Part shown: positions 47,410-57,229 of the stretch, piece after piece
Layout of the letters: every line of letters starts with the position of its first letter
Position numbering within the stretch: the stretch's first letter is position 1
Source of the DNA: an uncultured Bacilli bacterium
GTDB taxonomy: Bacteria; Bacillota_I; Bacilli_A; RF39; UBA660
Reading direction: 5' to 3'
Assembly (NCBI GenBank): GCA_944358455.1
Contig: CALVRE010000043.1
Location: forward strand, 8,827-72,826
DNA length: 64,000 nucleotides
Notes under the pieces: model-generated
Seen by the model: the letters and a program-made list of their open reading frames with translations, nothing else
The model's database searches: none
Told to the model about the DNA's origin: nothing
Translations under genes and position numbers: made by a program

Positions 47410-47496
47410 GCTATCACCGCTTTCTTAATAAGACTATTGCTTATTATATCATAACTAGCTTTAATATCAAACAAAAAGATAGATATTCGTTATCAC

Positions 47497-48666
47497 TTAT
47501 TTGTGTGATGTTTTATGTTTCCAAAACTGAAACACATTAAGAGAAATCGATAAAATCAAAAAACAAACACATAAAATAGAGGAAATAGGAATATTTGGTG
47601 TTTTGGAAACTTCATTTACATAAATAATATATTCTTGGTTCGTACCATCTTCCGCTGTCACTCTTATGACGATCGCATCTTGATCCGTTAAATTTTGATT
47701 TCCATATACTTGATAAGTAGCATTCTCATTTTCCGTTTCAATTTGTAAATCTAAAGAAGACGTTGTTACTTTTTCGAGAACATAATATGTCGTCTCTTTA
47801 TGAAAATTAATTTCATGATCAGCAATTACAAGCTTACTTAAATAGGCGTTATTGGATAAAACGTTTTCTAATCTATTTACATTTATCCTATATGTCAAAA
47901 TCGTACCATCTTCCGCTGTCACTTTTATTTCGAAGACATTATTACCAACATTCAAGTTTAAATGATCCGGCAAAGTGACAACAGCTTGATCATCCGTTGC
48001 CTCTGCACTGATATGGATCACATCAATACTATTGTCTACTTCTAATTGATACTCTACTTTATTTTTATCAAACACGAATCCATCTACATCAACCGTCAAA
48101 CTCTTAAGTGTCGCATCACTACTCTTATGATCCACATTCTGACCATAATTAGTATCTGGCGTTGAGGTAGATGGAGTATTATCGTGACCTGCCTCCGGTT
48201 CTTCATCCGGTATTTCTACGACTGGAGTCGAAATATGAATGTTTCTAGTTACCGAAGAGATGGCAAACTGTTCAAAAGCAGCATCGGAAAAATAGACAGA
48301 ATCGATCATTACATTCGTATCACCAGCTGTACTTTTTGCCTTAATCGTAAATGTCGCAATTGCAAAAGTTCCACTTTTATTCGTATCGGTATATAATTCA
48401 ATTTGGCCACCATCTCCATCACCTTGCCAAATAGAATCCGTCTTTACGCTCACTAAAGTTAACTGATCTCCTACTTTAACTTTCGCACTCACCGTAGACA
48501 CTTCTTCGTTCGCTGTTCCTGTAACATGACAAGTGGTACTTTCCTGTGGAGAAAGTGTAGTCTTATCACAACTTACATTTATATTGCCACTTAAAGCGCC
48601 TACTTGAAAAGGAAATAATGCACCGAATAACAATATTGTAAATAGTATTTTCTTTTTCATTTTCAT
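47497..48666 (-). CDS. cell-surface protein with an N-terminal cohesin-like module, two cadherin-like beta-sandwich repeats and a C-terminal TM anchor
   Basis: It has a signal peptide (MKMKKKILFTILLFGALFPFQVGA). Its N-terminal 120 aa are paralogous to the next gene. Cadherin-like repeats (LKSLTVDVDG...YQLEV; LSKLVIADHEINF...YYVLE) are present. It ends in a hydrophobic C-terminus plus a basic tail. Confidence 0.55.
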   Translation of the reverse strand: MKMKKKILFTILLFGALFPFQVGALSGNINVSCDKTTLSPQESTTCHVTGTANEEVSTVSAKVKVGDQLTLVSVKTDSIWQGDGDGGQIELYTDTNKSGTFAIATFTIKAKSTAGDTNVMIDSVYFSDAAFEQFAISSVTRNIHISTPVVEIPDEEPEAGHDNTPSTSTPDTNYGQNVDHKSSDATLKSLTVDVDGFVFDKNKVEYQLEVDNSIDVIHISAEATDDQAVVTLPDHLNLNVGNNVFEIKVTAEDGTILTYRINVNRLENVLSNNAYLSKLVIADHEINFHKETTYYVLEKVTTSSLDLQIETENENATYQVYGNQNLTDQDAIVIRVTAEDGTNQEYIIYVNEVSKTPNIPISSILCVCFLILSISLNVFQFWKHKTSHK

Positions 48667-48751
48667 TCTCCTAACTATTGAAACGGTTATTCAAAACAAA
48701 TAAAGCAATTTTTATCAAAAAAGAAAACAAAGTTTGTTTTCAATTTGAAAA

Positions 48752-49882
48752 TTAAATTTTCTTAAAGCAATCTTTCTTTTTTATCCATATAAAAGCAATC
48801 ATTGCCACAAGAACAGCACCAAGTCCAATCATATACAATCTTGATACTCCTGTATCAGGATTTTCTACCGGAGTAGACCCCTCATCATCTTTTCCTGGAT
48901 TTTCCTCACTATCTAATCGTTCTACATTGATCGTGTAAATTAATTCTTGATTATCACGATCTACGACTTTTACAAGTACTGTATTATTCCCTACTTTTAA
49001 ATCGGTGATCTCTCTTGGCCCAAAATCATCGACAAACGTCACAAAGTCTGGATTTTGGAGTTCACTCGTTAATGTTAAACTCGTAACATCATGTTCAACC
49101 GTTACCGTATATTCATAAACGGCCTCTTGTAATTCAATTTCTTGATTATTAATTGCTAACTTACTAAGCATTCTACTTTCTGGCCTATTTACAATTAATA
49201 TATAGCTATTTTCAATACTGTTTTCACCTGTGACGTTTATTTCAAATCGATTTTCTCCATAAGATAATTTTTTTACTCCTATATCACCAGTTATAGTAGA
49301 AGTATCACTTGTTTTCGTTGCACTAATTTCAATACTAGAAACAGTTGCTCCTACATCGATACGATAATTCGTTATATCAGGTGAAAAACCCGTAATGGTT
49401 TTTCCATCAACCGTCAAATTACTTAATGTATTGATGGTGGAAACGGATGAAATTTGTATTTCTACATCAGGTACCGTAAAACTCGTTTCCTGAAAATCAG
49501 CATCCGATAAATGAACATCCGTTAGCGATACATGAGTAGATACGCCTCCGGTATCATCCGCCTGGACAACAAACGAAGCAATTTTAAAAGTTCCAATTTT
49601 ATTGACATCCGTATATAACTGAACATTTCCCTCTTCGCCATCACCTTCCCAAATAGAGTCTGTACTTACACTCACGAGAGTTAAATGCTCCCCAACTTTA
49701 ATTTGTGCGCTGACAGTCGATACCTCCTCCGTTATGTTTCCTGTAACATGACAAGTGGTACTTTCCCCAGGGTCTAAGGTTACTTTATCACATTCTAAAT
49801 TTACACTTCCATTCAAAGCATTTACATGAAAAGGAATCATTGCTCCCAGCACTGTTACGATTAATAATACTTTCTTCTTCAT
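48752..49882 (-). CDS. cell-wall-anchored surface protein with an N-terminal cohesin-like module, cadherin-like repeats and an NPDTG-type sorting signal
   Basis: It has a signal peptide, and its N-terminus is about 60 percent identical to the 389-aa paralog. The C-terminus VENPDTG plus a hydrophobic segment plus KKKDCFKKI resembles a sortase (SrtB-like NPxTG) sorting signal. Confidence 0.55.
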   Translation of the reverse strand: MKKKVLLIVTVLGAMIPFHVNALNGSVNLECDKVTLDPGESTTCHVTGNITEEVSTVSAQIKVGEHLTLVSVSTDSIWEGDGEEGNVQLYTDVNKIGTFKIASFVVQADDTGGVSTHVSLTDVHLSDADFQETSFTVPDVEIQISSVSTINTLSNLTVDGKTITGFSPDITNYRIDVGATVSSIEISATKTSDTSTITGDIGVKKLSYGENRFEINVTGENSIENSYILIVNRPESRMLSKLAINNQEIELQEAVYEYTVTVEHDVTSLTLTSELQNPDFVTFVDDFGPREITDLKVGNNTVLVKVVDRDNQELIYTINVERLDSEENPGKDDEGSTPVENPDTGVSRLYMIGLGAVLVAMIAFIWIKKKDCFKKI

Positions 49883-49883
49883 A

Positions 49884-51944
49884 TTAATTCTCCAAATTAC
49901 TTATCTTACCTTTTATAAATTGATACAACTTTCCTACATCAGTTATTCTTATTTCTTCATCCATTACAACATCACCAGCTAAAACATAACATTCATCCAT
50001 CGTAATCTTATTTTTCAAATATTGATACAATTTTCCTACATCGACAATACTGATATTTCCATCTCCAGTCGTATCACCTTTCACAATCACGATATATTCT
50101 GCTACTAATGTGTCATCCAATGATATTTGTACTTTATCACCAGTCGCTATTTTCTCACTTTGTTTTACCTCACCTTTGACACTATATACCTTTATATTAT
50201 AAATATCACTTAAACCAAGAGATAAATTACTGCTAACAATCCCGAAAGGAAGCTCAATATATTTTCCGTTCACCTTATATCCACTTGATTCTTCGATATC
50301 TAAAGGAGCGATTTTCCATACTGCTTTTAATGTCATATGATCCGTTACTTTTGTTTCAAAGTCATATGGTTCTCCATTGAGTTGCCATTCTACAAATGTA
50401 TATCCAGTCTTTGTTGGATTCTCTGGTTTATCGACAACTGATAAGTATTCTTTCGTTTGCGTATCAACTGGTGTTCCTCCATCTGTATCAAATTGAATTT
50501 GATATTCGTTAATGTCCCATACAGCTTTTAATGTAATATCCTCTGTAACAGCAGTTTTAAAATCATAAGGTTTTCCATCTAATTGCCACTCTACAAATGT
50601 ATATCCTTCTCTTGTCGGTGTCTCTGGCTCTTCAACCGTCTTTCCACTTTCTACACTCTTTTTTACAGGAGACGTCTCGCCATCTTCATATTCAAAAGTT
50701 ACAATATGAGTATCTTGTGATTCTACAACACTTATTTTAATCGTTTGCTCCAAACCATTCATCAATACCTTCAACCAATAATCGCCAACTTCTGCTTGTG
50801 AAATATCCTCCACTTCTTCCCATGATGTATCATAAATAAGATATTCTGCCTGTGGTACATCTGCAGCACTAGCCCAATAATAGGTTTCATCTTCCATATA
50901 CAAGTCAAAAGAAATATCAGAAGTATCTAATGAGGTTCCTTTTTCAATATTAGTATTCGTTTTTCCAAAATAGAAATGATTAAGAATCAGTCCTTCATCA
51001 TATGCCATTTGCGTAGAACCTCCGCCATCAAAGCGAATCGCATTTACACATCCAAGTTCTACCATCAATTCAACTTGTGATTCAGCGTTTAAAGTTCCCT
51101 CCGTTGTAACTAAAACATAGTTACCGTTTGCTTTTTGACCAAATAAAGTGACAGCTGTTCCACTATAATTCCAAAAGTCAGTACCACTATAATCGCCTTT
51201 TCCCCAATGTACACTAGAATCTCCATCGACAATCAACGTGTAAGCTCCGGAAACACCTTCACTATAATTAACATGTTCTCCATAATCCCATGAGTTTGGA
51301 TCTGGATCTCCTGCATATTTGTAGAAAACGCCGTCTTTCCAACCATTGTAAATCAATTTAAATTCATTATTTTTATTAAAATAAGCCGTTACAAAACCAG
51401 AACCATATGACGGTGCGGTTTCTAAAGTATTAGAACCATCTTTACTAATATATGTTAACCAATTACCATTTTTCTTAACAGCACCCGTTGGGTAACCATA
51501 CATATTAGAACTTGAAGTAGCCGTGAAAAAACCAGCATTAATAGAACCCACCCAATAATACTCGTCATTGGCTGTAAGTTCTTTATCATAAAAATTATTC
51601 AAATATTTTGGCAAATAATCAGAACTGTTATAACCCGCATAATCCACTTGGAGAAAGGTACCATTTGTATCAGTCGTATCGACCTCTAAAACATTATAAC
51701 TAACTCCAGCATACTCACCTCTATATTTATGTACACCAGGAACAACGCCATTTTTCGTATAAATACCAATAGCTGTTGCAACCATTCTAGTATAAGTACT
51801 ACCACCAGAACCATTGACCACTTTTATTCCCGAAGGTTCCATTTCAACCAAAGCCAAAACCGGATCTGTAAGAAAAAGAAAACTAAATAATACCAATATA
51901 AACAACACACCGCTTTTTTTCATTCCACAACAACTCTCAATCAT
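49884..51944 (-). CDS. secreted phosphodiester glycosidase-like (NAGPA domain) protein with two Listeria-Bacteroides (Flg_new) repeats and a C-terminal dockerin-like duplicated segment
   Basis: It has a signal peptide (MKKSGVLFILVLFSFLFL). FDGGGSTQM is a NAGPA-like motif. It has two TGYTFVEWQL[DN]G[KE]PYDF...TLKAVW repeats. At the C-terminus, GDTTGDGNISIVDVGKLYQYLKNKI and AGDVVMDEEIRITDVGKLYQFIKGKI are duplicated Ca-loop/helix segments. Confidence 0.5.
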   Translation of the reverse strand: MIESCCGMKKSGVLFILVLFSFLFLTDPVLALVEMEPSGIKVVNGSGGSTYTRMVATAIGIYTKNGVVPGVHKYRGEYAGVSYNVLEVDTTDTNGTFLQVDYAGYNSSDYLPKYLNNFYDKELTANDEYYWVGSINAGFFTATSSSNMYGYPTGAVKKNGNWLTYISKDGSNTLETAPSYGSGFVTAYFNKNNEFKLIYNGWKDGVFYKYAGDPDPNSWDYGEHVNYSEGVSGAYTLIVDGDSSVHWGKGDYSGTDFWNYSGTAVTLFGQKANGNYVLVTTEGTLNAESQVELMVELGCVNAIRFDGGGSTQMAYDEGLILNHFYFGKTNTNIEKGTSLDTSDISFDLYMEDETYYWASAADVPQAEYLIYDTSWEEVEDISQAEVGDYWLKVLMNGLEQTIKISVVESQDTHIVTFEYEDGETSPVKKSVESGKTVEEPETPTREGYTFVEWQLDGKPYDFKTAVTEDITLKAVWDINEYQIQFDTDGGTPVDTQTKEYLSVVDKPENPTKTGYTFVEWQLNGEPYDFETKVTDHMTLKAVWKIAPLDIEESSGYKVNGKYIELPFGIVSSNLSLGLSDIYNIKVYSVKGEVKQSEKIATGDKVQISLDDTLVAEYIVIVKGDTTGDGNISIVDVGKLYQYLKNKITMDECYVLAGDVVMDEEIRITDVGKLYQFIKGKISNLEN

Positions 51945-52024
51945 CCAACCTAATTCACTTCATTCGCGTTCTAGTCTATGTTAAGATAATTATAACATTC
52001 TAAAATCAAAAAGTAAACGGTACA

Positions 52025-52052
52025 ACAAAAAAGAGTATGTTATCCATACTCA
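52025..52052 (-). terminator. intrinsic terminator downstream of serS
   Basis: The minus strand reads GAGUAUGGAUAACAUACUC followed by UUUUUU. Confidence 0.55.
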
Positions 52053-52056
52053 TAAA

Positions 52057-53346
52057 TTATTTTTGTTTTGGTTTGATTACTTCAAGGCCACCCATATATG
52101 GTTGTAACGCTTTTGGAATTTTAATACTTCCATCTGCTTGATAATTATTTTCTAATAAAGCGATAAGTCCTCTTGGAGTCGCCAATACTGTATTATTGAG
52201 AGTGTGCAAATAATAATTACCTTTTTCTCCTTTTGTACGAATACCAAGTCTTCTTGCTTGTGCATCTCCCAAAGTAGAACACGATCCAACCTCAAAGTAC
52301 TTTTGCTGTCTTGGGCTCCATGCCTCAATATCACATGATTTTACTTTCAAATCAGCTAAATCTCCACTACAACACTCTAATGTACGAACAGGAACATCCA
52401 AGCTTCTAAAGAAATCGACAGTAAAACGCCACATCTTATGATACCAATTCATGGAATCTTCTGGTTCACATAGGACGACCATTTCTTGTTTTTCGAATTG
52501 GTGGACACGATAGACACCACGCTCTTCAATACCATGAGCTCCTACTTCTTTACGAAAACATGGTGAGTAAGAAGTTAAAGTGAGCGGTAATTCTTCACGT
52601 TTAATGAACTGATCTTTGAATTTACCAATCATAGAATGTTCACTAGTTCCAATTAAATACAAATCTTCATTTTCAATTTTGTACATCATCGCATCCATTT
52701 CTTCAAAACTCATAACGCCTGTTACAACATCACTACGAATCATAAATGGTGGAACACAGTAAGTAAATCCTTGGTCGATCATAAAATCACGAGCATAGCT
52801 GATCATAGCGGAATGAAGTCTAGCAATATCTCCCATTAAATAATAAAAACCATTTCCGCTTGTTCTACCAGCACTTTCTTTATCAATTCCTTGGAATGAC
52901 ATCATGATATCAGCATGATATGGTATTTCGTAGTCTGGCACCACCGGATCGCCAAACTTTTCTACTTCGACATTCTCGGTATCGTCTTTACCAATCGGAA
53001 CACTAGAATCAATAATATTTGGAATCACCATCATACGTTTTTTGATTTCTTGATCTAATTCCGCCTCTCGAACTTCTAATTTTTCTATTTCCGTACCATA
53101 CCCAGCAATCTCTTTCTTGACAATTTCGGCTTCTTCTCTTCTATCTTCACGCATCAAAGCTCCAATTTCACTACTTCTGCTATTTTTTAAAGCACGTAAA
53201 TTATCTCCTTTTAATTTTACTTCACGATATTCTTTATCGAGCGCTTCTACCTCATCGACTAGTGGTAACTTCTTATCTTGAAACTTCTTTTTAATATTTT
53301 CCTTTACTAATTCTTTGTTTTCTCTAATCAATTTAATATCGATCAT
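52057..53346 (-). CDS. serS: serine--tRNA ligase
   Basis: MIDIKLIRENKELVKENIKKKF... with an N-terminal coiled-coil arm and class II core motifs (FRKE, GSCSTLGDAQARR). Confidence 0.9.
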   Translation of the reverse strand: MIDIKLIRENKELVKENIKKKFQDKKLPLVDEVEALDKEYREVKLKGDNLRALKNSRSSEIGALMREDRREEAEIVKKEIAGYGTEIEKLEVREAELDQEIKKRMMVIPNIIDSSVPIGKDDTENVEVEKFGDPVVPDYEIPYHADIMMSFQGIDKESAGRTSGNGFYYLMGDIARLHSAMISYARDFMIDQGFTYCVPPFMIRSDVVTGVMSFEEMDAMMYKIENEDLYLIGTSEHSMIGKFKDQFIKREELPLTLTSYSPCFRKEVGAHGIEERGVYRVHQFEKQEMVVLCEPEDSMNWYHKMWRFTVDFFRSLDVPVRTLECCSGDLADLKVKSCDIEAWSPRQQKYFEVGSCSTLGDAQARRLGIRTKGEKGNYYLHTLNNTVLATPRGLIALLENNYQADGSIKIPKALQPYMGGLEVIKPKQK

Positions 53347-53388
53347 ATTCTCATCCTCTCTTTTTAAATAATTAAAAAAGACTATCAT

Positions 53389-53625
53389 TAGGAGCGAAAT
53401 CTCGCGGTACCATCCTAATATAGTCTTAATTGGGGTAACGGCTAGGCCGGAAATGTTTCCATTTCACTCAGGAGTAGATTCACAAGATTCCCTCATTCGT
53501 TCTCACCAACCACGAACTCTCTTTGGATTTCCTCTTATTACTAAGTTCCATCATCGTTTTTTATTATTTTGGTTTTTCGTAATTAAATTATACTTCCTTT
53601 TCTTGAAATAAGCAAGTATTTTCTT
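53389..53625 (-). promoter_or_regulatory. T-box riboswitch leader for serS
   Basis: The minus strand has GGATGGTACCGCGAG (plus 53401-53415), matching the T-box consensus, followed by a U-run before the serS RBS. Confidence 0.55.
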
Positions 53626-53631
53626 ATTGTT

Positions 53632-54516
53632 TTATGATTTCTTACCAGTTTCTTTTTCCGTCCACGAATTAATATGCGTATTGATTTTACGAATTCTCTC
53701 ATCTTTCTTTTGTAGAAAATGTTCAATTTTATGTGCCAGATCATGCGCTTCTTCTAACGTCATTCTACCATCCATACTAATTTCCATATCGAGGGTATAA
53801 TAAGGACCATACTTCAACAAATAAAAATGATCGACTGACTTCACTTTAGGTTCTTTTAAAATAGAAGTAATGAAGGAATGACGGTATTCTTCATCTGTCT
53901 CCTGCTCGCCTAAAATGATACTAACATTTTCTTTTATAATATGAAAACCAGTATGAACAACAAAGAGTCCAACGATAATAGTCGCAATCATATCAGCATA
54001 TTTTAACCATGTAATCGTATCGGAAAATTGCATCAAAATAGAAGACAGAAGAACAACGACAGAGCTGATCACATCAGCACTACTTTCTTTCCCACTCGCC
54101 ACTAAAATGCTATTCTGATATTTCTTACCACAATAAATTAAATAATAAGCAAGTAAAAATTTTGAAATGATAGTGAATAGACTCACACCAATAACTAAGA
54201 TCGATGGAATTGCAATTTCCCGATTCATGGAAGAAGCAATAATCCCAAAACCAAGTAATAAAACGATCGTTCCAATGATCATACTAGTTACATATTCACT
54301 TTTTCCGTGTCCGTAAGGATGTTCCAAATCAGCCGGTTTTCGAGAAAATCGATTACCGATAATGGCCACGACATCAGTAGTAAGATCACTGAAAGAATGA
54401 ATACCATCGGCAATTAAAGCCCCAGAATTACCAATCCATCCCATAATCATTTTCATTAGTGACAAGAAAAAATTGGTCAAAAAACTGACTCCCATCACTT
54501 TTGTCAACTTATTCAT
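53632..54516 (-). CDS. cation diffusion facilitator family transporter
   Basis: 294 aa with six TM helices, conserved HSFSD and HGHG-type residues, and a C-terminal cytoplasmic domain. Confidence 0.75.
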   Translation of the reverse strand: MNKLTKVMGVSFLTNFFLSLMKMIMGWIGNSGALIADGIHSFSDLTTDVVAIIGNRFSRKPADLEHPYGHGKSEYVTSMIIGTIVLLLGFGIIASSMNREIAIPSILVIGVSLFTIISKFLLAYYLIYCGKKYQNSILVASGKESSADVISSVVVLLSSILMQFSDTITWLKYADMIATIIVGLFVVHTGFHIIKENVSIILGEQETDEEYRHSFITSILKEPKVKSVDHFYLLKYGPYYTLDMEISMDGRMTLEEAHDLAHKIEHFLQKKDERIRKINTHINSWTEKETGKKS

Positions 54517-54551
54517 GTTTATAACTCCTCATCTTTTAACCATGATGGTTT

Positions 54552-57143
54552 TTATTTTGCTTGATACCAGTTGTTACCATATTCAATATCAACTTTAAGC
54601 GGCACACGAAGTTCACAAGTATGTTCCATAATTTCTTCAATTAACGATTTCACTTCTTCTAATTCACTATTCTTACAATCGAAAATCAATTCATCGTGAA
54701 CTTGTAAAATCATCTTCGTCTTTAAATGACGATCTTTTAAAGCTTGATGGATCTCAACCATCGCTTTTTTGATAATATCAGCACTCGTACCTTGAATTGG
54801 TGTATTCAGTGCGATTCTTTCTCCCTGACTACGAATCATATAGTTTTTATTGGATAATTCGGGAATTAATCGCTTGCGATTAAACAAAGTCCGAACATAA
54901 CCATCTTTATGTGCTTGCTTCACTACTTGATCCATATAAGTTTGAATTCCTGGATATGTTTCTAGATAATGATCGATAAAGTCTTTTGCTTCCCCTACTC
55001 CAATTCCCAAATTTTCTGATAATCCATAACCACTAATACCATAGACAATACCAAAATTAACAGCCTTGGCAATACGACGCATATTAGGGGTAACATCTTC
55101 TTTTTCGACGTGGAAAATATCCATCGCTGTTTTGGTATGAATATCCATTCCTTCTTTAAATGCATCGATTAAAGCTGGCACATTCGCCATATGAGCAAGA
55201 ATACGAAGTTCGATTTGTGAATAATCTCCACTTACAATTACAGAATCAGGACTTGGTACAAATGCTTTTCGTATCAGACGTCCATATTCCGTACGAATGG
55301 GAATATTTTGGAGATTTGGTTCAATCGATGACAAACGTCCCGTTCTAGTCAACGTTTGTAAATAAATAGTATGGATTTTTCCATCTTCTTTGACCATTCC
55401 AAGTAACCCCTCAACATAAGTTGCATATAACTTCGTTACAAAACGATACTCGATAATATCATCGATAATAGGATGTTTTCTTTTTAATTTATTTAGAACA
55501 TCGATTGCTGTCGAATAGCCACGACTAGTCTTTTTTCCATGAGGAAGACCAAGATGTTCAAACAATACGTCTCCCAATTGAATTGGTGATGAAATGTTGA
55601 ATTCCATTCCAGCATGATTGTAAATTTGCTTTGTAATAAGATCGATTTTGATCTTTAATTCTTCTCCCATTTCATATAAAGCATTCTTATTTACCCATAC
55701 ACCATCATATTCCATATCTCCAAGTACCAACGAAAGAGGCATTTCAATCTCCTGATAGAGTTTCATCAAGCCCTCTTGTTTTAATTTATCTTCAAATAGT
55801 TTTTTAGTTTCATAGATAAATTTGGCTTTACGAACCGCATTATAAACAATAATATCCTGGCTTGGTTCTTTAAACTTCGTCTTTCCAAATACACTATCGT
55901 AAAAAGGAATGTCTTCTCCAAACTGATTGGCCAAATAAGCTACATCATCACGAATGTTATAGTCGAGCAAATAAGTTGCGATCATCGTATCAAAGGTAAT
56001 ATTCGATACTTCTAAGCCCATCCATTTAAGCGCGACATAAACTTTTTTTAAATCGTAAGTATATTTGATGTTTTCCGTTAAGAAACTTGGATTTTGCTTT
56101 AATAGTTCAGGCTCGATAAAGAAACTTTTTTGTTCGTTATAAACCGCCATTCCTAATACTTTTGCATTGTGATAATTCGTTCCCAATAATTCCAAACAAA
56201 TCGCACACTCACCATCGATTTTCGCATCATCTAATGATGTTACAATTTCATAGGTAACCGGAACAACTGTTTCTTTTTTCTTTTCCTCTTGTTTACGAAT
56301 AAAGGAATAAAACTCCAATTCTTCATATAGTTTATTCAATTCCTCATGATTCGTACCACTATATTTTATATCTGGAATTTTAATCTCGAGAGGTACATCA
56401 CGCACGATCGTTGCAAGCGTCTTACTTTTGTAAGCATTCTCTTTATCATTGATTAATTTTTCTTGTAATTTACCACCAATATCATCAATATGAGCATATA
56501 AATTATCGATCGATTGATATTCCTGAATCAGTTTCATCGCCGTTTTTTCACCGACACCTTTTACTCCCGGAATATTATCGCTACTATCTCCCATCAGAGC
56601 TTTTAAATCGATAATATGAATCGGATCAAATCCATATGCTTCTTTAAAAGATTCCTCATTGTAACGAATATAGTCATGTTGTTTCAATAGTTTAATATCG
56701 ACATCATGACTAATCAACTGCAATAAATCTTTATCGCTGCTGATAATCGTTCCGATAAAGTCCGGTTCTAAATCGCAATAATGAGCAAACGTTCCAATAA
56801 TATCATCCGCTTCATAATGATCGATTTCATAATATCGGATTCCCATTGCTGTCAAAAGTTGTTTCGCAACTGGAAACTGCATTTTAAGCTCATCAGGAGT
56901 TTCGATTCTTCCACCTTTATAATCCGTATACATTTCGTGACGAAACGTTTTTCCTTTATCGAATGCGACAATCATATATTGTGGTTTTTCTTCCAATATA
57001 ATTTTATTGATCATATTCGTAAATCCAAACAATGCATTAGTAGGAAAACCCTTGCTATTTTTCATAAAATTTCCATTATAGGCAGTCGCATAGTAACTTC
57101 GAAACAGTAAATTGTTTCCATCTACGAGAATTATTTTGTTCAT
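54552..57143 (-). CDS. polA: DNA polymerase I
   Basis: MNKIILVDGNNLLFRSYYA is the 5'-3' exonuclease N-terminus. Polymerase motifs A (DYSQIELR) and B (RRIAKAVNFGIVYG) and motif C (QVHDEL) are present. AGGTGA lies before the ATG at 57143. Confidence 0.9.
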   Translation of the reverse strand: MNKIILVDGNNLLFRSYYATAYNGNFMKNSKGFPTNALFGFTNMINKIILEEKPQYMIVAFDKGKTFRHEMYTDYKGGRIETPDELKMQFPVAKQLLTAMGIRYYEIDHYEADDIIGTFAHYCDLEPDFIGTIISSDKDLLQLISHDVDIKLLKQHDYIRYNEESFKEAYGFDPIHIIDLKALMGDSSDNIPGVKGVGEKTAMKLIQEYQSIDNLYAHIDDIGGKLQEKLINDKENAYKSKTLATIVRDVPLEIKIPDIKYSGTNHEELNKLYEELEFYSFIRKQEEKKKETVVPVTYEIVTSLDDAKIDGECAICLELLGTNYHNAKVLGMAVYNEQKSFFIEPELLKQNPSFLTENIKYTYDLKKVYVALKWMGLEVSNITFDTMIATYLLDYNIRDDVAYLANQFGEDIPFYDSVFGKTKFKEPSQDIIVYNAVRKAKFIYETKKLFEDKLKQEGLMKLYQEIEMPLSLVLGDMEYDGVWVNKNALYEMGEELKIKIDLITKQIYNHAGMEFNISSPIQLGDVLFEHLGLPHGKKTSRGYSTAIDVLNKLKRKHPIIDDIIEYRFVTKLYATYVEGLLGMVKEDGKIHTIYLQTLTRTGRLSSIEPNLQNIPIRTEYGRLIRKAFVPSPDSVIVSGDYSQIELRILAHMANVPALIDAFKEGMDIHTKTAMDIFHVEKEDVTPNMRRIAKAVNFGIVYGISGYGLSENLGIGVGEAKDFIDHYLETYPGIQTYMDQVVKQAHKDGYVRTLFNRKRLIPELSNKNYMIRSQGERIALNTPIQGTSADIIKKAMVEIHQALKDRHLKTKMILQVHDELIFDCKNSELEEVKSLIEEIMEHTCELRVPLKVDIEYGNNWYQAK

Positions 57144-57159
57144 CTTTATCACCTATTAT

Positions 57160-57188
57160 CATTATAACAAAAAATCACCAAATTTTGG
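57160..57188 (-). terminator. intrinsic terminator downstream of polC
   Basis: The hairpin AAAATCACC-aaatttt-GGTGATTTT is followed by a T-run on the minus strand. Confidence 0.5.
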
Positions 57189-57229
57189 TGATTTTCCTTA
57201 TACTTATTTCTTTTTCGAGATAAAACTTT

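Noticed and set aside
57161-57169. Extended -10-like TGTTATAAT upstream of polA, and TGGTACAAT upstream of polC
   Set aside because: Both lie less than 20 nt from the start codons. The polA one overlaps the polC terminator stem and leaves too little leader for the RBS, so neither is reported as a promoter feature.
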